From: Octopus vulgaris
Taxonomy: Eukaryota
Assembly: GCA_951406725.2 (NCBI GenBank)
Contig: OX597839.1
Coordinates: 310,001-374,000 of the forward strand
Direction: 5' to 3'
Length of the DNA: 64,000 bases
The position numbers and the translations under genes were made by a program. Below the pieces are notes generated by a model, which saw only the letters and a list, made by a program, of their open reading frames with translations, did no database searches and had not been told where the DNA came from. Each line of letters opens with the position of its first letter. Position 1 is the first letter of the stretch. Below, piece after piece: positions 39,443 to 51,800 of the stretch.

Positions 39443-42400
39443 TTACATCATGTTGAAATGTGAAAGCAGGATTAGAATCAAGATTACCGAAAAAACTATG
39501 AGGAAAGGCAGCCAAGTCTTCAGGAAACCACAAAAACTGAAAAGGAACAACAAGATGACTTGAATGGAACAATTTTGAAATGATATGATGAACAGAAAAA
39601 CAGTTTAACCTCTAAGCATTTCAGCTGGCCTTGCCCAGCATTGTGTTTGACAGAATAATCTGAATGTTAAAGGGTTAAAGTAGCCCCTATCTCCAGCCCA
39701 GATATTCCACCTGTTTTATAATATTTATAATGTTCAATCCAGCCAGATCTGGTTTCTCACACCAACCCTTCAGTATCATTAGAAAAGTTAAGTTACCCCA
39801 TCAAAATCTCAAAGTTATAACACACTGCATGGTATTTATCGTTCTTGTGTCTATGAACTTACTCCTCCCTTCGATGGCTATAGACTCTTTCACTGTCTCT
39901 TCTTCATCGCCATATAAAAGCACCTGTTATGTTCCAAATACCAAATCTATATATATAAAAGTGAGGTTGTGTGGTGTCTCTGTCTCCTACGATTAGATTC
40001 CTAACTACTCCCACATTTTGCGGTGCAGTTTAACCAAAAGCGGGTATCTTATAGTCGTGATTCATATTGAGCCCTTCTGGGTATTAGCGCGCATCTACGT
40101 TGAGTCTACGATTCAAAAAAAAATTTATAATTTTTCCACATTTTTAATGCATTTTCGCTCGGTTTATATAAGAGAAGTAACTCTATAAATGCTTATATAG
40201 TTATTTCCCTTACAAACCCAAGCAACGCTGGGCGATACTGCTAGTTGATAATAAAACAAAGTTATTTTACTAAATTCCTCATTATTTTTGAGAAAAATTA
40301 AATAAATTTCAATAGAAATATGGTAACAAAATGTTTAAAGTGATCTAAAAACTTTCCATCAAAATTTCCTGTTATATTCCAAATACCAAATTGATAGTAA
40401 AACAAAGATATTTTACTAAATTCCTCATTATTTTTAAGAAAAATTAAACAAATGAGGTGTGTTTCAAAAGAAATATGCTAACAAAAGTGTTAATAATATT
40501 TCTTGTCATCATGCTCCTTTTCCATGCTGGAAATTATGATTATAATTATAATAATAGTTTTAATTGCTCTCACCTGACATATCGGCTGTGTATCATCATT
40601 AGAAAACAAAGTTTTACCATGTTCCAACAGCTGCTGCCATCATATTTCATCAAGTTCAGTGCCATTGCTACATGGGAGTGGCAGTTGTCACAGAATAAAT
40701 TGTGCTGACAACAGATGAGGAAGAGAAAAAAAGCAAAGATAAATACAAGAAAAAAAAAGAAAAAAGAAATCTGTCCACCTCTCCCTCATCTACTACTACT
40801 ACTATTATTATTATTATTATTATTATTATTTGGCATTCTGTCTGTTATGACAGTGAGGGTTCCCCTTGATCCGATGAAGGGAACAATCTGCTTGTAAAAT
40901 TAATGTGCGAATGGCTGAGCACTCTACATGAGACACATGTACCCTTAACAGTTCATGGGGAGATTCAGCATGGCACAGAATGAGAGGAGGCTGGCCCTTT
41001 GAAATACTAAGGAGTAGATTCAATAAAATCACTATTGGCTCCAACCATGGACTCCTGATGACTTCAGATTCTCCTGCAACTCTTCCGGTTGGTCCCCTTG
41101 TTTAATGCTGCCATAATCCTTGCCTTCAGTTCATCTTTGGTGTTACAAGGAGTTTTGTTGGTCTCTCACTCAGCAGCACCCCACACATAATAATCAAGGG
41201 GGTTGCAGTCTGGGGAGTTAGGTGGCCAAATGTTAGGGGTGATGTGGTCACAAAATTGTCTGACTGCCATGATTGGGTTCTCCTACTTGTGTGGCATGGT
41301 GCAGAGTCATGTTGTCAGACACAGGGTCTCCCAGCAGCCACCCTCTTAACCCAGGGCAGCACTACCTCCTCCTCCTCCAGGCACTTGATGTAGGCTTCCA
41401 AGTTGAGTCTGAGGCTGTGTGGGAATATGAATGGGGTATAACATCACCATCATGAATGATCACTCCAAACACCATGATGCTGACTAGACTTTTGATTTTT
41501 ATCACTCTCGGTACATGTCCTCAGATTGACACACAAACACTCTGAAAAGTTCACATTAGAGTTTCTGGCATGAATGCCAAGCAGTACAGCATGTCGTTTC
41601 CAAATTTCTGGCAGAGTGAATTGCGTCATGGTGCCGTTTTGCTTACAGACGGTGCCCAACTGACCCTACTATACTGTGTAGTCAACAAAATCAAAAACAA
41701 TGGGCATGCATGAAATTAAAAATATAAAATGTTGTCCCCCCAACATCGCTTGACATCCGATGCTGGTGTGTTTACGTCCCCGTCACTTAACGGTTCAGCA
41801 AAAGAGACTGGTAGAATAAGTACCAGGCTTACAAAGAATAAGTCCTGGGGTCGATTTGCTTGACTAAAGGCGGTGCTCCAGTAACCCTCACTTGTCATCT
41901 AACGATGGGAGAGTCTGCAAACATGTGGGCGTATATACAATGAGCTTAAAATAGATTAGTTTAAATTTACCATTCTTTTCTTGTATTCTTCAGAAGCTTC
42001 AGCAACAGCCCAATCCCATGTGTCTTTGCTTACTTTACTGGGATCTAATGTCCAATATCTGAAAATAAATAATATACAATATGTAGGGAAGGGGTCTGGA
42101 TTTAAAGCACCCTAACCATCGTCATCATTATCATCACTGCCACCACTACAATCCATGACCACTAACATTTCCATCCTTCCTCCTTTTCCCATCCACCCAT
42201 TGTCTCCTCCCTTCCTCACACTCAGGTCTCAATATTAGTCACTATTCCTCCCTTGCTCCCTACAGCAACAGTACCCTAAGGAATCTCTCTCAAATTTAAG
42301 CTTTTTCATGCAACAATTGTCGACTTGCAGTTGTTCAATATAAACATCAACAGAATCAGATCTAGAGCTGCTGCTAACAATTCCACATATGAATCTAGTT

Positions 42401-44298
42401 CCCTGAACGAGGAGTTCTGTCGGGACCATGCCCAGGTTCTTTCCTCTTCACAAAGGCAGTGGAAAAAACAAAATGTCACGAAAGAGAACGGGAGGAACTG
42501 CATCATAGAAGGGACTGAGGTGAAAACGACAGCCATAGAGGCATTGTCAATAGTGTAGTGTAGTAGGGATGAGTGAAAGCTTGTTGATCAGTTTAACAAA
42601 AAAGATATAAATGTTCCTCTTCGAGCCATGCCAGGCTCATAAGGGTCGGTTTCCCGGTTTCAGTGGCATAGAAATTCCCCACCTGGATGGGACGCCGGTC
42701 TGTCGCAGGATTACTCACTTTTGCCAGCTGAGTGGACTGGAGCAACGTGAAAATCAAGTGTTTTGCTCGAGAACACAACGCATCGTCCGATCCAGGAATC
42801 GAAACCACAACCTTATGATCAAGAATTCAACACCCTAACCACTAAGCCACACGCCTCCACGTTGATCAGTTTAGATGCTTCTTGGTTCTACATCATGCAA
42901 TTTAGAATGAATAAATTCAATTTATAGAGGATTCCTTACTTTGTAGGGTTTCCAAAGGCCATTTCATCTTCCTGAAAATCAAAAAAGAAAGTAATTAACC
43001 AAATATAAATGAAGCATAGTTGGAATGAGTAAGACCACTGCTTAACCCTTTCGTTACCAACCTGGCTGAAACCGACTCTGGCTCTGAGTACAAATGTCTT
43101 GTTTTCATAAGTTCCGAATTAAAATCCTGCACCAAACCTTAGTCACAATTTATGCTCTTAACACTAGGTGAATGATAACTAAGTTATTTTACTAAATTCT
43201 TTGCTATATTTAAAGTAATTGAAAGAAACACAAAGCAACTCAACAGAAATATGGTAACAAAATGGATAAAGTGATCTAAATTAACCGTTTCATTACCAAC
43301 CTGGCTGAAACCACCTCTGGCTCTGTAGTACAAATGTCTTGTTTTCATAAGTTTTGAATTTAAATCTTCCACCAAACCTTAGTCACAATTTATGTGCTTA
43401 ACACTAGCTTAATGATAACTAAGTTATTTTACTAAATTCTTTGTTATATTTATTTAACTCTTTAGTATTTAAACCGGTCATATCCAGCCAAAATATTTAA
43501 TCTGTTTTATGTTCAAACTGACCAGATCCAGGCCCTCACACCTGCCCTACAATGTTATTCTACATTAAGTAATTACACCATCAAGATCTTGAAGATATGA
43601 GATAATGCATGATTAATTCAAATCAATGGGAATCAATTGGCATTATGTTTGATAGAATAATCTGAACACTAAAGGGTTAAAGTAATTGAAAGAAACAGAA
43701 AACATCTGAAAATAAATAGTCACGAAAGGGTTAAACTTGGTATGTCTGTGTAAGCATTCAGAAAGTCCAAGAAGTTCCTCTGCATCAATTTGAGTGAAGA
43801 AGGTGTTGTACAACACAGAACCCATTTTTTGGTGCAGTCAGCTATAAAACCATTGGCACAACAGAGGTTAAGACGACCAGAAACCAACTGCACTTCAGAG
43901 TTTTTTCTTTTATTTGAGTTTACCTTCTCCGAGAAAGAAATCATACTAGGGGTCATTGACTCCCAGTGGCTCACATACTAGTTAGCCCACAGCTGGGGCC
44001 CTAACAGGTGCTACTACTCTGGGTCAGAAAAGACCTTGCACAATAATGGCTAAAAGGTGGTACCATACTCTTCAAAACCCTGGACCTCCCATCTCAGGGC
44101 CCCACAACTGGATGAAGTTAAAAGTCATAGGAGTGGCTGTGTGGTAAGTAGCTTGCTAACCAACCACATGGTTCCGGGTTCAGTCCCACTGCGTGGCATC
44201 TTGGGCAAGTGTCTTCTGCTATAGCCCCGGGCCGACCAAAGCCTTGTGAGTGGATTTGGTAGACGGAAACTGAAAGAAGCCTGTCGTATATATATATG

Positions 44299-44333
<35 letters not shown>

Positions 44334-45142
44334 TTATGTGTCTGTGTTTGTCCTCCTAGCATTGCTTGACAACCGATGCTGGTGTGTTTACGTCCCCGTC
44401 ACTTAGCAGTTCGGCAAAAGAGACCGATAGAATAAGTACTGGGCTTACAAAGAATAAGTCCTGGGGTTGATTTGCTCGACTAAAGGCGGTGCTCCAGCAT
44501 GGCCGCAGTCAAATGACTGAAACAAGTAAAAGAGTAAAAGAGTAAAGAGAGTATAACAACAACAACAACAATAATTTCAAAATTTTGGCACAAGGCCAGC
44601 AACTTTGGGGCAAGGGATAAGTCAGTTACATCGACCCCACTGATCAGCAGGTACTTATTTTATTGAACCTGAAAGAATGAAAGGCAAAGTTGAACTCGGC
44701 AGAATTTGATCTCAAAACATAAAGATGGACAAAATGCCACTTAGCATTTTGCCCAGTGTGTTAACGATTCTGCCAGCTCATTGCCTGAATAATAATTTCA
44801 AATTCTGGCACAAGGCCAGCAACTTTGGGAGAAGGGCAAGTCAATTACATTGGCCGCAGTGTTCAACTGGAACTTATTTTATCGACCCCGAAAGAATGAA
44901 AGGCAAAGTTGACTTCGGCATAATTTGAACTCAAAACGTAAAGATGGACAAATGCCACTAAATATTTTGCCCAGCATGCTAATATTTCTTGCTGCTTGAA
45001 TAATAATTATGATAATTTGATACTTACTGAAACAAAGTAAGGTCCAGCGAAATCTCTGATAATTCCTGATGAGGTAGCAATACCCATGTGACCAATGATT
45101 GGGAAAAACCATCTGAAAGAAGAAAACAAAAACATACACATT

Positions 45143-45178
<36 letters not shown>

Positions 45179-45342
45179 TAGGCGCAGGACTGGCTGTGTG
45201 GTAAGTAGCTTGCTTACCAACCACATGGTTCCGGGTTCAGTCCCACTGCATGGCATCTTGGGTAAGTGTCTTCTACTATAGCCTCGGGCCGACCAGAGCC
45301 CTGTGAGTGGATTTGGTAGACAGAAACTGAAAGAAGCCGGTC

Positions 45343-45384
<42 letters not shown>

Positions 45385-45569
45385 TTGTGTGTTTGTGTTT
45401 GTCCCCCCAACATCGCTTGACAACCGATGCTGGTGTGTTTACATCCCAGTAACTTAGTGGTTCGGCTCGGCAAGAGAGACCGATAGAATAAGTACTAGGC
45501 TGACAAAGAATAAGTCCTGGGGTCGATTTGATTGACTAGAAGCATTGCGCCAGCATGGCCACAGTGAAA

Positions 45570-45614
<45 letters not shown>

Positions 45615-45902
45615 GGTCTTTCCCGTCGTTAGACGACGTATGGACGAATGAGTGTTTGACAATTTCTTACGAAACAACCATACAGATGATTTGTTTATAA
45701 TGATCAACTGTCTGTGTAGACATCAAATCGACATTACCTGTACAGGTGCAACTGGGTGCCACATGTCAGATGTTGAAATGATCGCAGTGCAACATGAAAT
45801 GAAGTCTTTGCTCAAGGACCCAACGCAATGCCCAGTCTGGAAATCAAACCCACAATCTCGCAATTGTGAGTGCAACACCCTAACCACTAAGCCATGTGCC
45901 TT

Positions 45903-45946
<44 letters not shown>

Positions 45947-46136
45947 GTTAATCCAAAAAAGAAAGCACAAAAAAACACAACAACGCGAGGACGTGGAACA
46001 AATATAGTATTATTGGACGCTCAGGAAAGAAGGAGGGTTTAACGTTTCGAGCGGAGCTCTTCGTCGGAAACATAGAAGGAAAGATCCAGAGAAGGGAAGA
46101 CAGAGGAAAAAAAATCGCCAACGGTACACACGAGGT

Positions 46137-46167
<31 letters not shown>

Positions 46168-47414
46168 GATAATAAATATTAGGGAATAAATCCAAATTTA
46201 CAGGGAAAAATCAGATTTAGGATTGAATCCAATTTTATAGTAAAATATAATATAATATTAATTAGAGACAAAACCACTATTATGCAAATCAAACAAAGAA
46301 AGACTTAATCCAATACATAAAAAAATTTATATAAATTAAATATAATTAAGATATCCACTACGATCGTTTCTTGTCACTTCTATGGACATTCATCAGGTGG
46401 TTTCTAGACCTAAAATATAATCAATATTTTTAAGATATAAATTTGAAATGACTAATATATATAAAATATAAAATTATCAATGAAAATATATATATAATCA
46501 AGAACTAAAATAACCTCTATAAACGATTGTATATAATGAAACCTAGTATTTAAATTCACATATTTAAAGATGAAATAGCTAATTTCAAAAAACACCTGAT
46601 GAATGTCCATAGAAGTGACAAGAAACGATCGTAGTGGATATCTTAATTATATTTAATTTATATAAAATTTTTTATGTATTGGATTAAGTCTTTCTTTGTT
46701 TGATTTGCATAATAGTGGTTTTGTCTCTAATTAATATTATATTATATATATATATATATATACATACATGTATATATATGTACCAGAGGGTAAAGACCCC
46801 TTTGGTCATGATTGATCATGAAGCTGCACCTAGAATGTTACCCTCCGAGGTACAAGTCCAAGCAAGGTTGTTTTTGGAAGACCAGCAGCCACCCATGCAT
46901 ACCAACCTCCCATCTCTATCCAAGCTTGGCACCTGTGATGTCGCAACTCATTTCTACAGCTGATTTAGAGAAGGGGTGGGGATCATACACAAGTTTTAGG
47001 TTTTTCAAAAGTACAGCCCCCTAAAAATCCCCTACTCAAGAGCGGATTATACTCGAAGATTTACGGTATATATAATTACAGGCTTCTTTCAGTTTCCATC
47101 AATCAAATCTACAAATGACGCTGGTCTGCTTTAGCAAATAATTAGTACAATATCTCCGTAATGTGGAATAAATTATTTTGTTTTGAGGATGAGAAGTGTA
47201 ATGATTCACGCAGTTCGAGACAGTTCTTTATTGTTTCGGGATAAAACCGTGAGAGATTTCAGCGCAGAATAGGAATCAAGAAAGGAGCAGGCACATAGAA
47301 GCCCTGTTTTACTCGATCTTTTCAACCGTAGCGAAGTAGACTCGATAAGAATACACTTATAAATTATAGCGCCTGATGACTCCTTATTGAGAATCGAAAC
47401 CGTGTCCAACATGT

Positions 47415-47446
<32 letters not shown>

Positions 47447-48105
47447 TGTATGTGTGTGTGTGTGTGTGTGACGCAGAGTTTATCAAGTAACATTCTCGAA
47501 TTAGCAAGGGAGCCTCTACGAGGCTGCTCAACTTCCAAAATAACAACCAAATTTCCGTCACATCGCACACAAATCACATTCTTAACAAAAATATATAAAT
47601 AAGAAGATGCATTAGATAATGTAATCCTAGATACACTATGCCCGAAGAAAATTTCAAATAAAGTGGTCAGAACTAGAACTTATTTAATCATAGATCTCCC
47701 TCCTTGGTCGGGGTTGACCAGAGCTAAACATCAACACGGAAAATATTTTAAAATGATGTAATCCAAGATGCATAATGCTTAAAATAAAACAAGCCCAAAA
47801 CCCCAGGACGGTCACGGCTTAAACGCTTCTAAAGAGATGGAGAGAATGCAGGGATGTAATAGAAAGAGGAGAAGAGATATAAAAAGGAATATTTACGTTA
47901 GACAAGGAATCGGGGTCCATACAATACTATATGGGAATCGACTGTTGCGTATATCAATTCGAACACTGTTACGACGTCCGCCCTTCACGGTCGGCATGGT
48001 TGATATATCTGGGGGATGAATGTCGCCTGTGGTCGTCTGATTTATATCTGTGTAAGATTTGTTGATTGCCGTCTTTTCAGAAGGAACTTTTGCACCTTCC
48101 GCCAT
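39443..48105 (-). CDS. TMEM222: Transmembrane protein 222; exons 48105-47897, 45112-45028, 42971-42940, 42058-41971, 40704-40574, 39536-39443 (212 aa)
   Basis: GT-AG exons join in frame: RFPYSIVWTPIPCLTWFFPIIGHMGIATSSGIIRDFAGPYFVSEDEMAFGNPTKYW...HNLFCDNCHSHVAMALN...FLKTWLPF, the RTE1/TMEM222 family signature. Confidence 0.95.
39946..40244 (+). mobile_element. Non-autonomous Helitron (5' TC, 3' hairpin + CTAG, inserted A|T)
   Basis: Begins TCTATATATATAAAA and ends ...GCAACGCTGGGCGATACTGCTAG between A and T with no TSD. Confidence 0.8.
41045..41715 (-). mobile_element. Tc1/mariner-superfamily (maT/DD37D-like) transposase remnant
   Basis: Minus-strand WPPNSPDCNPLDYYVWG...NTKDELKARI motif. Confidence 0.75.
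43043..43734. mobile_element. piggyBac-type MITE(s) bounded by TTAA, with internal duplication and a nested element (43455-43680; second copy ~28272-28488)
   Basis: TTAA-CCCTTTCGT...ACGAAAGGG-TTAA ends; 43050-43270 is repeated at 43285-43450. Confidence 0.65.
46246..46746. mobile_element. Penelope-like inverted terminal repeat pair (~154-bp arms)
   Basis: 46246-46399 is the reverse complement of 46593-46746; each arm contains a hammerhead-like core. Confidence 0.7.
46592..46637 (+). ncRNA. Minimal type I hammerhead ribozyme-like motif (antisense copy at 46355-46399)
   Basis: CAC-CTGATGA-a-TGTC(n9)GACA-a-GAA-ACGATCGT-A-GTG: conserved core, palindromic stem III, GUA cleavage triplet, 3-bp stem I. 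The stem II closing pair is mismatched. Confidence 0.6.
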
Positions 48106-48897
48106 GCTAGGTGGGGAGCATTCAGTTATTCAAACGTCACAGAAAAATCAAAACAGTTTTAAACGCAGCAAATGGTTTTAGCTCAGTAGAGGCCATCAAT
48201 TGGTTAAAATTGGAAAAATTAAACTACGTTAAACTAACAAATTACAATTTTGTCAAGAAAGCCAAAAGAAAAAGATGTTTTATTTTGACACATTCTACCA
48301 GTATATGAAGTTTAAAAGTGTTTAATTAACTAGAAATTGTGTTGAAAACTGCCGTTCAAAATGAAAAAGTCCCTTTATTTTCAAATACTAAAAGATTTTC
48401 TTAAAATTATTTTTCAACCTTTTCTTTTCTCCAAGTTTCTACCCTAAAGTTAAGTTAAATGCATTACACTGAGACCTCCCCCAAAATACGAAACTTTCCT
48501 GTTGGATATTTTACTATAAAAAAAAATCACATTTTAATCGTGAAAACTTTAGTTTAATATATGGCTTTTAAAAAAATATTAAATTTAATATAGAAGCCAT
48601 AAATTGATTAAAGAAAATGTATGTGGGAGTTAGATTAAAATGTGTAACGTTAATACGCGGTTTCGTCATATGTATGTGTATATCTATGTATGTATGTGTG
48701 TGTGTTTTATGTATGTGGTTGTAATTTAGAAATTCAATAAAATCATAGACAAAACAAAATAGGGGAAAATTAAAGTGTGCAGAGTTAATGCGCATTTTAT
48801 TTATATTTATGTATATGTATATATTTGTATGGACGTGTGTGTGTTGTACGAAACTAAGCGTTGTTTGTGAGGAGACATCGTGACGCGGTGTTGTGAA
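48106..48897. promoter_or_regulatory. Putative bidirectional promoter region between TMEM222 and the FHA gene
   Basis: Head-to-head ATGs about 790 bp apart with locally more CpG dinucleotides. Confidence 0.5.
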
Positions 48898-51800
48898 ATG
48901 TTGGAGGAAAGTTCGAATCTCATTCTCCGTCATGTTGGACCCAAAAGTATCGATGCTTCCACATGCCCTCCTCTTATGACGTTAGTATTTACAACCCTGC
49001 TTACATTGCTTCTAATAATGTTACTCAATCCGATTACTTTATTTAACAAAATAACATTGGAGCTTTTATTCATTCATTTCCTCTGCCAAATTGTAAAAAG
49101 AAATGACTTTATTTACATTTTTTATCCTTTTTATTTAGAAATTGTTTTTTTTTTGTTCTTCTTAACTTTGCCCCACGATCAGACGTCTACCATCAAAAGC
49201 TAATAACCAAAGGCGTTCCAACGGCGACCGTTCTTTCTGTTTCATTTTATTTTTTCTTTGCTTATCCAAAGAGTTATTCATTCTTTATCAAAAACAATGT
49301 TTTTTTTTCTCTCTCTCTGTTTAAATAAGTCAGTATATGATTTAAAGGAGATTTAGCTGCTGTTTCTGGCAGACTCAGTTAACCACGAAACAGCTTCCTT
49401 CTTAGATTTATCTATGATGTGTACGTATGTACACGCATATATATATATATGTCATTCAGTTTCATTTCAAAATTTCTTGCCATTAGAGAAACATCTGGTT
49501 TCTAACATAGGTCCAAGGCTCCTTCATTGGAATTTCAGCAACACGAACAGGGTATTTTTGCAAGTATGTATCTGGAGTCAGTACATATGCAGATTTCAGC
49601 AAAGGTAAAGAATACGCACAACCGGTGTTTAGGGTTAGGGTTACGCCGAAACCGGGTGGTGTGCGTATTCTTCACCTCCGCCGCAGATTTGTATGTTTTA
49701 TTTAATGTACTTATGTATGTAAGTCTTAAAACGGCATCTATTGGTAGGTTTTGCGAAGAGTGTGGGTGTAACCACGTCTTGGATCTTTTCGGTTTGAACG
49801 GCAGTTTTTGACATAATTTCTAGGTAACTAAAAGATTTTTAGCTTCGTATACTGGTAGAATTTGTTTATAAAACATCTTTTTCTCTTGGCTTTATTGAGA
49901 AAATTCTATAGTTTGTAAGATATTTGTTGTTTTTTTTTCTGCAATTTCAACCAATCACTGACGTCTATTGAGTTAAAAAGCATTCTGTGCCATATGAATA
50001 TATCCCTCGTTAGAGAAACAGATTGGGTTTATTTACATTTGTGAACAAAAAAAAATACACCCTTCCCCCGACCCTAACCCTAAAAGAGATTGAAATGCAA
50101 TAGATCGATTCTAGGGTCATAATTATGGGTGTCAATTTCATATGACACCGCTAGAAAAAACTGCCGTTCAAACCGAAAAGATCCCACGTCTTTGCTACTG
50201 TTTGTTCCGAGGTCTACTCGAATCAGGAGTAATAGCACGTTTCAAGTTTCAGCTATGATTCAACAGGCATATATGGTGACAATCCATCTGAGTATGGGGC
50301 TGCAGAAATACCCTTGTTTGGTGTCAGGGTGCACAGTAAAACTAACAGGAACGACGACACCCACCCCCACCCCCAAGCGCTTGTCACATCATCGTTCTAG
50401 GAGAGGGACACTAATGTAAAAAGCTGCAGATTATTGGGCATCACGCTTCGGTTTGTCACAAGGTAGTGATCAGAGATAGTGGTAATAGTGTTGTACAAGC
50501 GATAGTAAAATGGCAACGTGTATAGACCTAATCAGTTGGAAGCGTTTAGTAAGTTACAACTGCTGTCTGTCAACTACGCCCCAAACAACGGTACTGAATA
50601 GTGGTGATCAATCGTTATTGGTCTCAGATCTGTCAGTGTTTGCAGCTCCTTGTTCGTTAATTTCCATGAAAGATTTTTTTGTTTATTCACTTTTTGTTTT
50701 TATGACATGGACAAAGCTGACATTTGCTTTGAAGTCTGTGGAAAGAGACGGGCGTGTATGTACATGTATATGAAAAATAATGGGTGTACGTATGTGTGTG
50801 TGTGTATTTATGTGTGGACTCTCATATACATTTGTATATTATGATGGGCTTCATAAAGGCAAAGTCGACCTCGGCGGAATTTGGACTCAGCATGATAACG
50901 TTTCTGCCAGCTAGCCGCCTTATCTGTGTGTATGTTTCTGTCTGTGTTTGTCCTCCACCTCTGATTGACAACTGATGTTGGTGTGTTTATGTCCCTGTAA
51001 CTTAGCTGTTCAGCAAAAGAAACCAACAGAATAATTTTCAGGCTGAAAAAGAATATAGACACTGGGGTCCCTTAGTTCAAATAAAATTCCTCAAGGCTGT
51101 GCCCCCACCACAGCCAGTCTAATGACTAATACAAGTAAAAGATTAAAATATGTTTGTGTGTTTTATATTGAATTTTCTCTTCTTTTTCTGAAATATTAAA
51201 TTTCTAAATCTCTCATAGAGATATGTACGGTGGTGGGGCGATAGAATGGTTGTATACTGTCAATCTAACGTGAACGTGACAGTAGGGGGTTACACCACCG
51301 CTGTTTAGCCCTAGGAAGCACCGACGCTTCCTGCTGGCTTCGACACATTTTTCCTGCTGGGAGTGTTTGTCTCCCCTTCGTAAATGTATATAAGGACACA
51401 GGAAAAATGTGTCGAAGCCAGCAGGAAGCGTCGATGCTTCCTAGGGCTAAACAGCGGTGGTGTAATCCCCTACTGTCACATTCATGTTAGATTGACAGTA
51501 TACAACCATTCTTCTTTTTCTGTTTTTCCATTTCCTACCAAAGGTTGAAGAAAGGTAAAACGACATTCGGACGTCATCCGCGTAATGATTACCTGATTGA
51601 TTCTTCCACATTCAAAAACTTTATTTCCCGGTGGCACTGTAAGATCGAACCCTGTCAGCTGGCTGACGGCAAGATTGTCTATAAGATATTCGATTGCAGT
51701 TTAAACGGCACCTTTGTCAATGACTACAGAGTAAGTATTGTATCGCCTCAATAAATACTTCATGTTGTTTTGCTCTGTGTTTGTTTCACAGCTTAATAAT

